Part shown: positions 14,202 through 27,572 of the stretch, piece after piece
Layout: each line of letters opens with the position of its first letter
Numbering within the stretch: position 1 is the stretch's first letter
Source: Paramecium tetraurelia
Taxonomy: Eukaryota
Reading direction: 5' to 3'
Assembly: GCA_000165425.1 (NCBI GenBank)
Contig: CT868009.1
Span: 1-64,000, forward strand
DNA: 64,000 nucleotides
The notes under the pieces: model-generated
Seen by the model: only the letters and a program-made list of their open reading frames with translations
Databases searched by the model: none
Told to the model about the DNA's origin: nothing
Program-made: the position numbers and the translations under genes

Positions 14202-14721
14202 GTTTATTTATAATATAAACTCTACCCAATTATAATATTGGCTAGATGTTTCTTAATGATTAATAACATCTGTTATTTTTTCAATTAATTTTTGTTTAAA
14301 ATTCAGAGGTGAATTATGGTAAAATTTGTTCACCTTTCAACTTGTTTTTATATATATTCAAAATATTACTTATTCGATTCTTGGTGTCTTTATTTAAAAA
14401 TGAGCTCATTTAGAATAGCTCTTTTGATAATACAAAAATTAAAATAAAGTAAATTATATATTAATATATATGAGATTAAATTTATAAAATAAATTACAAA
14501 TAAATAGTTAAATTTCTAGAAAATAACATAATATTATTCATTTGTATAAATAAATAATAATCTTATAAATATTATTAAATAATATATATATGTAATATAT
14601 AATTGAAAAGTTATAAAGTGAACTAAGAAATCTAGAATTTAATGATATTAATGAATTATATATATTACAAGCTTCTTAACGTAACAGATAAATAATGGCA
14701 ATAATGATAGATTTATATATT

Positions 14722-16170
14722 TCAAATAATTTTATTCAGAAGATAATAGTCCCCTTCATTATAGATTTCTTCAGGAATTATTTCACCATATTTTTGGCTT
14801 TCCCTTTTTGGAAGTGATAAAAGTTCGGCATCATCCTCATTCAAAAGAAAAGGATCTGTTTCTTAATTTATTCTTTGAACAGACATAACATTAGAAAGAC
14901 AATTAACTTCTTTTTATATTGAGAGATTTAATTTAATTCCAATTTGATGGGATTTTAATAGTTCCTCTTTTGATTTCGAAGATCTAATGATTAAATATAA
15001 CCTTGATATTTCATACAATAAATTCATATAACATAATTTTTATTGCATTTAATTTTTAATTTTATCTAAGAATTTGTTAAACTCAATCTAATCTACCTCC
15101 TTATTGTTCAAAGTAACTTTGGTTACTTTAAATCTCCAATTTTTAATGATTTTAATATATTTAAATTCTGGATAATATATTTTCATCAAATCAGATAGTA
15201 TTTTTTAATTTAAAAAGTATTGATTGCCATAAATAATAAAATATTTAATCATAAAAAGTATTGATACAATAGATCCGATATTTGCTAAAAGATCTCCTAA
15301 ATATGGATATTCAAATATTGTTTTTGTTTAAGTTCCATTCATAGCGACATATACTACAGCGAGGGCTTGATTTTAATACGATAATTTGCACCTTTCTGCT
15401 GAAAGAGACTAAGTTTGTACTTTTGCTCCACTAATATATTCTTTTTATTTAGATGTCCCAAATAATAAATAATCCTAAAGTTCAAAAAAGTTTGTCTCTA
15501 AAAATGTATTTATAGAATAACAACTCTACAATTCTAGTTCGATATATATATCTTAAATTGTAGTTTGTTCTGATCCATCTCTAGAATCTAAAGTTGTCGA
15601 TTCTACTTGTATACCGAAAAAATTAAAGCGCTGTTAAAAAAATTATTCTCTTAATTAAGCTGAACCACATGTTTCATTTTCTTTTAAATACTTTTCTTCG
15701 CATAGAGATATGAATAAATACATTTATTTTGATGTTTGTAAATATCCATCAATAAAAGAATAACCCAAATCTAAATTTGGTACATACTATTTTCCAATAG
15801 AAGACTCTATGTAATTTTCGATTATCATTGGCTCAGTAGGAGCAAATTGATCAGTATACATTACTAAAGGTAGTAAAATTCGCGATTCAAATGGATCCAC
15901 CTATCCCTCAAAAACCTCATAATAGACACTGATTCTTCCTGAGTTGTAGTCGAGTAGTTTGTAATCTGAAACATATTTTGAATTAGAAATCTTTGGACTC
16001 ATTTAATTACTTTTCCATAAATAAATTATCCAAAATGCGTAAGCCAAGCTTGTCACACTTATTAATAAGCTTAATAATCCTCCTAATGTGCTTTTAAACA
16101 ATGCTTATTGCTAATTTATATTTTGTAAGAAAGGAACACCAAAGAAGTCAGCCTTTTTTAAAAAATTCAT
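14722..16170 (-). CDS. Two-TM membrane protein with large Cys-containing loop (ciliate DFFG...GG family)
   Basis: Span of 483 codons. TM1 is MNFLKKADFFGVPF...STLGGLLSLLISVTSLAYAFWIIYLW and TM2 is EYPYLGDLLANIGSIVSILFMIKYFII. TGA at 14722-14724. Confidence 0.8.
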
Positions 16171-16988
16171 ATAATAAATTTAAATGTAATATATTCATCA
16201 ATTATATTAGACAAATTTATATAATCAAATAAATATAGTTATTTCAATTGAACTTTAATTTAAATCAGTATCATATAATATTACTATTTTTTCTAGAACA
16301 ATATTATAAATTCAAATCTATTATTACCCATTTATTCTAATTTTTTCATTCATATTTCTAAATATTTACTTGTTTTTCTTTTGCTTGTAGAATTTACACT
16401 TCTTATTTCACCATCCATCAGAAATTGATCTATATGATTTTATAGCTTATAGATGAAACACTTTCATATTATTATTAGTTCCGAAATATCATCCATAGTT
16501 GAACAATTTTTGATAATTAATTACAATATTTCAAAATTGCTTTGGAGCATCTAAATTCCTGTTCTTGTACGCAAAATGAAACATATTAATTTATTAATGA
16601 TATCATAAAACTTGTAAATATAATCTAATTGGTATTTCAATGATTTTCATTCAGATTTTGCATAATATAGCTTATCAGCCAATCATTTGATTTCAATCAT
16701 TAAACTTAATATAAATATCTTGATATATTATAACTCATTAATTGCTTAAACGACATTCTATTTTACATTTAATTTTGAACGCTCTTGAATTAAAATGATA
16801 CATACTTCAAGGGCAATTTATGTATCTATATAAATACATAAATTATATTTGTGCTTTTTCATCTATAATAAAACAATATTATGATACATTCTCTATTTTG
16901 AGTATATCTGAATAAGTATATAATAAATAGATTATGAATCATTATGTGAAGGCAGTATTAATATTTATAATAAGAATAAATTTAATTA

Positions 16989-19900
16989 ATGTCTGAATAG
17001 CATTTGCAGGAGAATAAATTTACTTATGTAAATATATTGTAGCTAATTATCTATAGAGTTCAAATCTTGTGATTCAGAGAGAATCTGGACCAAGGACTGA
17101 TGAGCCAACAGGCGAGCCTGAATCATTAGTTGGAAAGATCAACCCAAGAATGATGGGTACGAAAGCTGTGAAAGATAAACCAGTGAAGAGTAAGAGGGAG
17201 CAGAGTTTAAATTTAGGAAAGCAAGTGAACATGGAAATAGAGGAAGGAGTTGGAATGCCAACTTATGAAAATCTATTGTACATCCCGAAAACAAAAGATA
17301 ATAGATTACACTATGAGCGATTATTGTCCATAGTTTATGGACTATTTTAGGAATAATCATAAGATGTGATAAAGTCTATAGTTGATGAAGTATTGGCTAT
17401 AATGAAAAATGATAATTTGAAAGACTCTGAGAAGAGGTAGGAAGTAGAAGCAATAATTGGAAAGTTGACAAATGAGCTATTTTCTGATATAGTATTATCA
17501 AGTAAAGCAATTACTGATTATAATCCTGAAATAACTCAAGGAAATACAGATGAGATGCAATTGCCATTGAATTTGGAAGAAGAACAAGATTCAAGTGATA
17601 TGGAGGAAATAATAGAAGAAGAAGACGATTCTTAGGAATAAAATGAATAAACAATCAAGGCAAAAGTTTAGGTTGAGGAGACAAGAAACAAAGTAGTTGA
17701 TATAGATGGATTTTGGTTATAGCGGGAATTGCAGAAAATATATTAAGACCCAATAGTTGCATAATAAATGGAATAGACAGTCTTAGACATTTTGAAATTA
17801 CAGACTGACATCGAATGTGAAAATTAATTGGTTTCATTGTTTGGCTAGGATCGCTTTGATCTTATCAGATTATTACATGCCAACAGACATAAAATATTTT
17901 ATTGTACTCTCTTAAGCAAGGCCTAGAGTGCTGAGTAAGTAGAATAAATTCATTCTCAAATGAGATAGACATAAGAGGGTCTCTAAATCTTAATGGAATT
18001 ACAGAAAAAAAAGAAAAACGATGCTTAATTTTAAATTATTTAGGAGGAAAACGAGAAATAATATTATGAGTCTATAAATATTACTGATCAAGATCTTTAA
18101 GGACTTTCCAAAAAGATTGTTGATTTAGAGTAATTGCAGTTTGTATCTCAAGGACATTTGATGTCAAATGAGAAATGTCATTTACCTCCTCATTCTTTTA
18201 AAGTAACAAAGAAAGGATATGAAGAGATATACATTCCTGCCCCAAAGCCTAATGTTCATAAAGACAACTTGGTATAAATAGGCGAGTTACCTGAGTTTGC
18301 CTAACAAGCATTCAGAGGATTCAAAGAACTCAATACTATTTAAAGTGTAGTTTATTAAAAGGCATTATTAAGTAATGAGAACATGCTAATTTGTGCTCCT
18401 ACTGGAGCTGGTAAGACTAATATTGCACTTCTAACAATGTTATAAACTATTGGTGATTATTATCAAAATGGTATTGTGGATATTTAGAAATTTAAAATTA
18501 TTTACATAGCACCTATGAAAGCATTAGTAAATGAAATGGTACATAATTTCCAGAATAGATTAGAACCTTATAATATTAAAGTTGCTGAGGTTACTGGAGA
18601 TACTCACCTAACCAAGCATTAGTTGAACACTATCTAAGTATTGATAGCTACTCCAGAGAAATGGGATATTTTAACAAGAAAGATTTAACAAAACGATTTT
18701 ATATCATTGGTAAGATTAGTCATTATTGATGAAATTCATTTATTACATGACAGTAGAGGGCCAGTTATTGAATCAATAATTGCAAGATAATTGAAATTAA
18801 TGGAAGAGAGACAAGAAGTAGTTAGAATCGTGGGATTATCAGCAACACTACCAAATTATTCAGATGTGGCAACATTTATTAGGGTTAAATAAAGTGGAGT
18901 GTTCTTTTTTGACAATTCTTATAGACCAGTTCCATTATAATAATAGTATATTGGAATCAATGAAAAGAAACCAATTAGAAGAATGTTATTAACCAATGAA
19001 ATTTTATATGAGAAAGTCATAGAAAGGATTACAAAGTCACAAATCTTAGTGTTCGTACATTCTAGAAAGGAAACTGTCAAGACAGCTAAAACACTTAAAG
19101 AAATGGCATTTTCAAAAGATGAGTTATCTAAATTTATCAGAGAAGAAAGTTCTTCAAAGAAGATCCTTGAGACAGTAATTGCATAAGAAGATATCAAATC
19201 TGCTGATCTCAAAGAGCTGTTGGCTAGTGGAATAGCCATTCATCATGCTGGTTTATGCAGAGGAGATAGAGATTTAGTTGAAAGTCTTTTTGAAAAGAAG
19301 AATATACAGATTTTGATATCTACTTCTACTTTGGCATGGGGAGTGAATCTTCCTGCTCATACAGTTATCATAAAAGGAACACAAATTTATTCACCGGATT
19401 AAGGAAAGTGGATAGAGTTAAGTCCTTAGGATATATTACAAATGATGGGTAGAGCTGGTCGACCTAGATACGATACATCTGGGGAGGGAATAATATTGAC
19501 TACATATTAAGAACTCAAATATTACTTATCATTATTGAATGTTCAATTACCAATAGAATCATAATTTGTATCTTAATTAGCTGACCAATTAAATGCTGAA
19601 GTTGCCTAAGGTAATATCAAGAATCTGAAGGATGGAGTAAATTGGTTAGGATATACTTATTTATATGTAAGAATGCTAAGAAATCCATAATTGTATAATA
19701 TTCCAGACTATAGCAATGATTAGGCATTAATCAAATATCGTGCTGATCTAATTCATTCTGCATGTTTACTATTAGATAAGAATAGTTTGGTGACTTATGA
19801 TAAGAAAACTGGAAATATCGAGAGTACCATCTTAGGTAAGATTGCTAGTAATTATTACATTAAATATCCAAGTATGCAAGTGTACAATCAACATTTAAAA

Positions 19901-22900
19901 TAGAATATGGGTATGATTGACATTTTCAAAGTGTTTTCATTATCACATGAATTCAAATTGATTCCAATTAGAGAAGAGGAGAAGATGGAGTTGTAAAAAC
20001 TAATGATGAGTGTACCTGTTCCAATAAAAGGATCTCCTGAAGATTCAACAACAAAGATCAATGTATTGTTGTAAGCATACATAAGCAGATTAAAATTAGA
20101 AGGATATGCTTTGAATTCAGACATGGTTTATATTACATAGAGTGCTGGTAGAATTATGAGAGCATTGTATGAAATATGTTTACAGAAAGAATGGGCTTAG
20201 AGTGCATTGCAATGTTTATAATTATCTAAGATGATTGAGAAAAGAATGTGGAGTTGCATGACTCCACTTAGATAATTTAAAGGATTGCCAGATGATTTAT
20301 TAAGAAGAATAGAAAAAAAGGAAGGAATTACATGGGATCACTTATATGCGATGTCATCATAATAATTAGGAGAACTTATTAGATATTAGAATTAGAATAT
20401 GACAAAGTTGATTCACAAATATATTCACAAATTCCCTAAGATTGAAATCTAAGCATTTGCTTAACCTATAACTAGATCCTGTTTGAGAATAGACCTTCAT
20501 TTGAGTTGTGATTTCTAATGGGATGAGAAGATTCATGGAAGATAGGAACCATTCCACATTTTTGTATTGGATTCTGATGGAGAGAAAATATTGTATCATG
20601 AAATGTTCTTAATGAAACAGAAGAATTAAGAAATGGAATTCACTTTAACAGTTGCATTATTTGAAGTAATGCATCCAATCTACTATATCAAAGTGATATC
20701 AGATAAATGGATATCATGCGAAAGTGAATAACCAATTCCATTTAAAAATCTCATCTTACCAGAACCATTTAATAGATGCACAGACTTATTATAACTAACA
20801 CTGTTGTCAATTGATTAAATAAAGCATCAATAGATTGAGAATATATTGGCCAAAAAGATATTGTAGAATAGGTATTTCGACTAGATTCAAACCTAAGTGT
20901 TCTAATAGATATATTAGTCAAATGATAATATCTTCATTGGATCATCCACTTATTAATCTAAGAATATACTCCCTATTTTGGCTATTCTGTAAATGATTAA
21001 CATTTAGAAAGGATATAAGGCTGTATATGTTTCATCAATCTAAACTAATTGTGATATAAAATACAATTAATTCCTTTAAATATTCAATAAAACTATGTCT
21101 TTAAAAGTAGGAAAATTGACGGGACAAACTTAAAGTGACAATAAAATCTTAGAGTAGTGTGATATCATAGTATCAAATGCCATCAATTGGGATATCATCA
21201 GTAGAAGATGGAGAGCAAAAAAAGGATTCAAAGATATAAGAGTTTTTATTGCTGATGATCTACATACTCTTGGATAATCTGGCAGTGTGTTAGAAGTGAT
21301 TGTATCAAGAATGAGAATGATTTCAATGGAAATTCCATTCAGAGTAGTGGGATTGTCTCTATCTGTAGCTGATTATAAGGAAATGAGCGAGTGGATTGGA
21401 AGCAAACACACTTTCAATTTCCAACCCATTGTTAGACCTAACAATATTCAAATACAAATCTAATCATTTGATCAATGTCAGAGACCTTTGAGAATCCAAG
21501 CAATGATCAAATAATTAAAAACCAACATTTCAAATACAGATTTAAATATCATATATGTATCTGATCGTAAACTAGCTAGAGTATGTGCTCTAGAACTCAT
21601 GATTAACAATAATAATTCATTATCAGGTTTTTCAATCAAAGAGGATTAATATCTTTAACATACACTCCAGTCATCAGTTGGATTCCTATATGAATGTATG
21701 GATCCTTAAGATGAGAGTGAAGTTCTAAGGTTTATATCTTCTGGAGAATTAAGAGTTGTTGTGGTCACCTACAAATTAGCATTGTACTATAATCTTAAAG
21801 GAAAGGTCTTTATTTTAGATAACTAAAAATATGATGGAATAGACAAGAGATATGTTGATTATACAATTGCTGAGATGCTAGAAATGATAGAAAGTACTAC
21901 TTCCTAATGTCATGTATTCACCTATGGTCCAAAGAAGGAATACTATAAGAAGTTCCTATATGAACCAATGCCAATAGAGTCTCATCTTAATCATAATTTA
22001 GCTAATCATTTGAATGCTGAAATTGTAGCAAAAAATATTCACAATACATAAGATTGCATTGATTGGATCACTTGGACTTTTATGTACAGAAGACTAACCT
22101 AAAATCCAAATTATTACAGTCTACATGAAATTAATGGAGTAGCCATTAACAATTATTTAAGTGAATTAATAGAAACCACTATTGATGAATTACATGAGAG
22201 TAAATGCATTGCTGTTGAAGAGGATAATGAACTAGAAGCTATTAATTCTGGTATTATTGCCAACTATTACTACATTAATATTGAAACAGTCAAGAACTTT
22301 TCAGATAAGATTAATGCAAATAGCAAACTCAGAGATTTACTATTTATCTTATCTGAAGCTAAAGAGTTTGAAGTATTGAATATTAGAAATGGAGAAGAAA
22401 TTCTTTTGGCTTAATTACTTCAGAAGATACCTTTCTAACCTACCAATGTTAAACTAAATGAACCAAACACAAAAGCCCTGATTTTATTATAAGCTCATTT
22501 CAGCAGAATCAAATTAAATTCTGATTTGAAGTCTGATTTAACAATTTTAGAATTGGCAATCAGATTAAGTACTGCCATGGTTGATATTGCTTCTTCAAAT
22601 CTTTGGTTAAAGCCTGCTATTCTATCAATGCAAATCTGCTAGATGATCGTTTAAAGTCTTTGGAAGGATGATGACAGTGTATTATTGCAGTTACCTCATT
22701 TTAATAAAAATACTATTGAACAATTAAAATCTATGAAGGTCTCTGATTGGGCTGATTTCTTTGATATGGAAGAGTCTGATAGAACTCAAGTTTTAGGTCA
22801 ATTTACATAATAACAAATTGACGACATAGCCTAAGCTGGCAACAGGTATATTATATATTTATATTAGACTACCTTCTGTTGAAATCTCAGATATTATTGC

Positions 22901-23240
22901 TGAAGAGGAAATTGTGCAAGGGGATATATTCCACGTTTAAGTAGTCTTAAGCAGACAAGATAACATTTACACAGATTATGTGATAGCTCCCAATTATCCT
23001 AAATAAAAGGAAGAGCAATGGTGGGTTTTATGCGCTGATAGGAACACTAATAGGCTGTTTGGAAACAAGAAGGTCTCCTTTTAATAGAGCATTAAAGTTG
23101 ATCTTAGATTTTAAGCACCTGAAGCTGGAGATTATGATTTAACTATATATGCCATTTGCGATTCCTATATGGGTGTAGATACAACATCATAATTCTAATT
23201 GAAGGTTAATCCTATCATTGAATAAGAGTAAGAATAATGA
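16989..23240 (+). CDS. BRR2: U5 snRNP 200 kDa RNA helicase (Brr2/SNRNP200)
   Basis: N-terminal [18 protein letters not shown]. Motifs [57 protein letters not shown] and QMMGRAGRP. Two helicase-Sec63 cassettes, the second degenerate (ADDLH). TGA at 23238-23240. Confidence 0.97.
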
Positions 23241-23670
23241 TATATTACAATGTTATAATATCATAATTAAATTAATTAATATATTGAAGTCGATTAGCTT
23301 TGTTTCTGCTAATTGCTGATTTTCTTATTTTTAATTTGCAACATTATTTGACATATAAAATACTCTATTTTCACCCTATTTCCTAAGAAATCTTATTAAT
23401 TAATTAAAGAAAATTCAAAGAAAAGAGTTTACCAATTAGTCAATTTATTCATATGATTTAAATTTAAATCATATTTCAATATAACATGACAATATTTTAA
23501 CAGGGATTATATGTTTTATTAAAAATTTCTCATACACTTTCTATCAAACTACCTATGGATAATGCGAATAAGCCAGAAATATTGATAAATCAAAGAATAT
23601 ATTGAAATCTGATTTGTCTAGACAAAAAGTGGTTATATAATCTTTAATAAGATAATATTGATAGGATTAT

Positions 23671-26000
23671 TCACATACTTTTAGATAAATCAGTAGTGCA
23701 TGATCTTCTTTTACTAGACATATACTTTTAGAAGCTTTATTTTCTTTGGACAATCTATTAGCTTAATCGTTTATTAACTAAATAATCGAATGATTGATTT
23801 GCTGTCTTTTGAGGAGTAATATTAGTATGAAATCGTTTGTCTTTGAGTTTAGTTGATTTTTCTATGGTTTTGGAATTGCTTATTTTCGTTGACTGTTGGG
23901 TACATAGTTCAATTTGTCTGTAGTAATTTAATTCTTCTTATAAGATGTTAACTTTTCGATAGAGTTCCTCATTCTCTTTTTTTAGTTTCTAAAAACTAAA
24001 TATCGAATGAATAATACATTCATTGTCTTTTTTGTATTTTTCAATAATTCATCTCTGTCTTACTCTAACTATTTGATTTGGTTTTTCATATCATCATATT
24101 TCTAATTCATTAGGTAGGATTCCTGAAATATAATATAGAATTACTCTAATATGCACTCTGACTTCGGATTCATACTTCTGCAATTACTTTTCTAATTCTT
24201 TGTAATCCTTTTTGATTGAGTTATTTTGAATATGTTCGATGATGATGGTCAATTATTGAATTAAGTTCTGGGATTTCACAAAATTTTAGAAGGAATTGAT
24301 ATCGCTATGATCAGCAACTAGATGGTATAATTTAATTAACAATTAGGACACTGACATATTTATATTAATATATAGTATATACAATCATTTCAATCTGGTT
24401 TTGAGTTTGGCTTAATAATCAAGATTGTCCTTTTGCACTTTTTCAAGTTGCTATGACTTTTCTAGAACTTTCATTCTCAATCTCTCGATTTCCTTATCTT
24501 ATAATTCACATTTGCTTTATAATTCATTAATGGTGATATTATTCATTTTGACATCCTCTGCAAATTTCTAATATTATTTGTGCTACAGAGCCAAGTGTCT
24601 GTAATTATCAGCTTGCCTTGATAGATCGTTTATCAAACTTTCATTTTATTACTTCAATAAATTAACTTCCTATTCTTTAATTTGAATGACTTCATTGATC
24701 TTATCTTCTTCTCTCTCTTAATAATTGGAAGTACTCTTCATCTACATTTCAATTATCACTAATTCTTGATCCTTTTAAGCAATGATGTTATTCAATCTAT
24801 TGCATTCACCCTCCAACGTATTAGTTTTACATTCTAAATCTCTGAAGTTGTACTGATAGAATTGTTTCAATTCTTTCAATTATTTATCTAAGACTTAATT
24901 ATCACTTCTCAACTGATGATTCTATTCCTTTTGTTACAATAACTCCGATTGTAAAAATTGAATTAGCTTAGCCTTAGATTCTTGAATTTCTTTCACTTCC
25001 ATCTCCCTATTCTTTTATTCATTTTCCAAATTGATTTGCAATCTCTTAATCAATTCTTGATCTCTTTGTTATTAGGTTTGAAGTAAACATATTTGTTCAG
25101 CTTATTTTCCAGTCGATAAAATTAATTCATCAACTCTTTATTACAATTAGGCTTTGTGTTCCTAATAGGTACTACTAACATGTTTGAAATCACTCTCCAA
25201 TTCTTTGACTCTACTACTTAAATTGGAAGCTTAAACAGTTTTGTTGTCAGCTACCTCCTTCAATTTCTTTACTGATGATAATAAATCAAGATTTTAATCC
25301 TTTTAAATCTAAAGCTTTTATTTCAATTCATTCAGATATTATTCCTAAGAGTTTATAATAGTTTGTTATTTCATCAAAGTAAATTCTTAGTCCTTTGATT
25401 AGAGGTCAAATTAAGAAATAGCTTATTCTAACTTTTCTTCTAATCCATTATTAATCTACTTAACCTAAATCAACTCATTTTCCTATAGATAAAATAAACA
25501 GATTACCAAAACTTGAACAAGGTTCTAATTATTATTCTCAACATTGGAAATCTTAGAAAGAGATTGTTGCAACTTAGCTATCTCTGATTTGTATTACATA
25601 ATTTCTTATCTTGAACTTTATCTATGGTTGATCTCTTATTGTTCCAATTAAAACTTTAAGGTAGCCACATCCTATTTCCAATTGATATCCAATTGTCTTA
25701 AGGCATCTGCATGGGTCTTGTCTTATACCTCATTTTTATGTTATAGCAACTCCATTTAATTCTAACGAATAACTATTGACATCTTACTTTTAGGTCTTGA
25801 TTCTCTGCAAGTACCTTTTGGTTTTCCAAAGTCATTGATATGGATGGCTATTATTTAAGACGGTCTTTCAACTTCTGATTCTCTCCTTACAATCTGTCTA
25901 TTTCTTTAAGGAATGTCTCGATTTCTGAAATAGACTTGCATGATTTCTCAGGGTTTCTCTCTACTGAATTATAAGATTAGAGTGGTTATCTAGTATTCAT
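23671..26000 (-). CDS. Long coiled-coil protein
   Basis: Starts MNTRQPLQSYNS.. and continues as E/K/Q/L-rich heptad sequence with several tiny introns. TGA at 23671-23673. Confidence 0.75.
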
Positions 26001-26089
26001 TTTGTTAACGGATAAATTAATTAATATTAAATTAAAAATTTTATTCACATATATATACAATTTAAAGGTGGGGGGTGACCAATGCCCAT

Positions 26090-26500
26090 TCACATTCCAA
26101 CTCTACTAATTATTTGAATATTATCCTGCTCTCCACTTTATTTAACTTTGTATCCACAACATTTGGCCTTTATAGAATTCTATTTAAGAATATAATTTAA
26201 TTTTATACTGCGGCCAATTTATTTCTTATCAACTCATTCTTAAAAGATTTTCGGTGTGCAAAAAGTATTGTCTTGGCCGACGAATACTTTATGCCAGCCT
26301 TGTTGGCTGCCTAATCACAAAGTTAAACAAAACATTACATCTTGGATTTTATAGCTTTCAAATAAAAAGAGCTGGAGGAACAATAACTTAGCCTCAGAAC
26401 TGATGTAAGTGTAATTTCTTGGTTTTTGTTCAAGTTTTCTCTTTTTTGTGAAGTGGCGATGCTTTATGAAGGTGAATTATGTCTAGTCAACCGAGGCCAT
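26090..26500 (-). CDS. Small helix-turn-helix (homeodomain-like) DNA-binding protein
   Basis: RNYTYISSEAKLLFLQLFLFESYKIQD|AANKAGIKYSSAKTILFAHRK across two tiny introns. Same motif as the 37401-38029 gene. Confidence 0.75.
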
Positions 26501-27572
26501 GACGTAATCAAATTACTATGAATTTATTAAAAAAAATATTTCCGAAAAATTATGAAAAAGTCAGTGTTCATTAAATTATACATTAGAAATTATCAATATA
26601 TAGAGTTTTATCATATCACTAATTTTAATTGTATTAAGCAATCTTCAATTTCAACCAAAATTTAAATTATAATTTAGAATTTCTACAATTCTTATTCCAA
26701 CCCTTTATCCATACTTACTCATTTTTAAAGAAATATGAGTAATAATGGAATTATGGGTATTATTCTATTCTTATTGTAAAATTAATGTATTATGATAAGT
26801 CATAAATTCATTCTCAAAAATTCAATAATTATTATTATCTATATAATAATATAAATTAAATTTATTGATTATTTAATCTTAACTTTTTATTATTTTTTAT
26901 AAAAAATTTATAAATTCAAATTATAATTTCTATATTAATATACACTCTTTTTTCCATCTTTTAACATCCTCTAAGAATAATTGTTTGTCTTATTCTATAC
27001 TTGATGAATCTAAAAATTGAAATCAGAAAAAACCATCTCCTTTAAAGATTGTTAAATGAAATCATCTTAAATTAGACCTCCAAATTATTTAATTTCTTAA
27101 TGTGCGGCAACCCTTTGTCAAATTTGTCTTATGTTTTGACCATTCAAAAAAGTTTTATTATAAGAAATATGAAGAAACCAATCATCAAAGAAGTTTAAGA
27201 ATTAAAATTTCTCAATTTTGTGTTGATATTATCATACTTATTCAATTTTTAGAATTTCTTCAAATATAATAGACAGAATAGGGAAATAATCTAGCGATAT
27301 CATTTTAAATTTTGTTGTTTATTGTTTATAGGTTTAGAAATACTTCTATGATGAATTCTTATTAGCAATTGGAATTAAATCTAGATAACATAATCTAATT
27401 AATTTAAAAGATTGGTTGTATTTTTTAATTCTTATTTCTTTTTTAATTTCAGCGGATTCATTTAAATTAAGTTTAATAGGATAATTAACATTGTATTAAA
27501 GTGATCATAATGACAATATTGAATATCGAGTTCCTTAAATTTATTTTTAAATATTTTAATATATAAATATTA

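Noticed and set aside
16250..16900. Possible minus-strand gene relic
   Set aside because: The frames examined hit TGA and no convincing domain was seen.
26940..27470. Possible minus-strand relic upstream of the WBP11-like gene
   Set aside because: It is interrupted by TGAs and nothing is recognisable.
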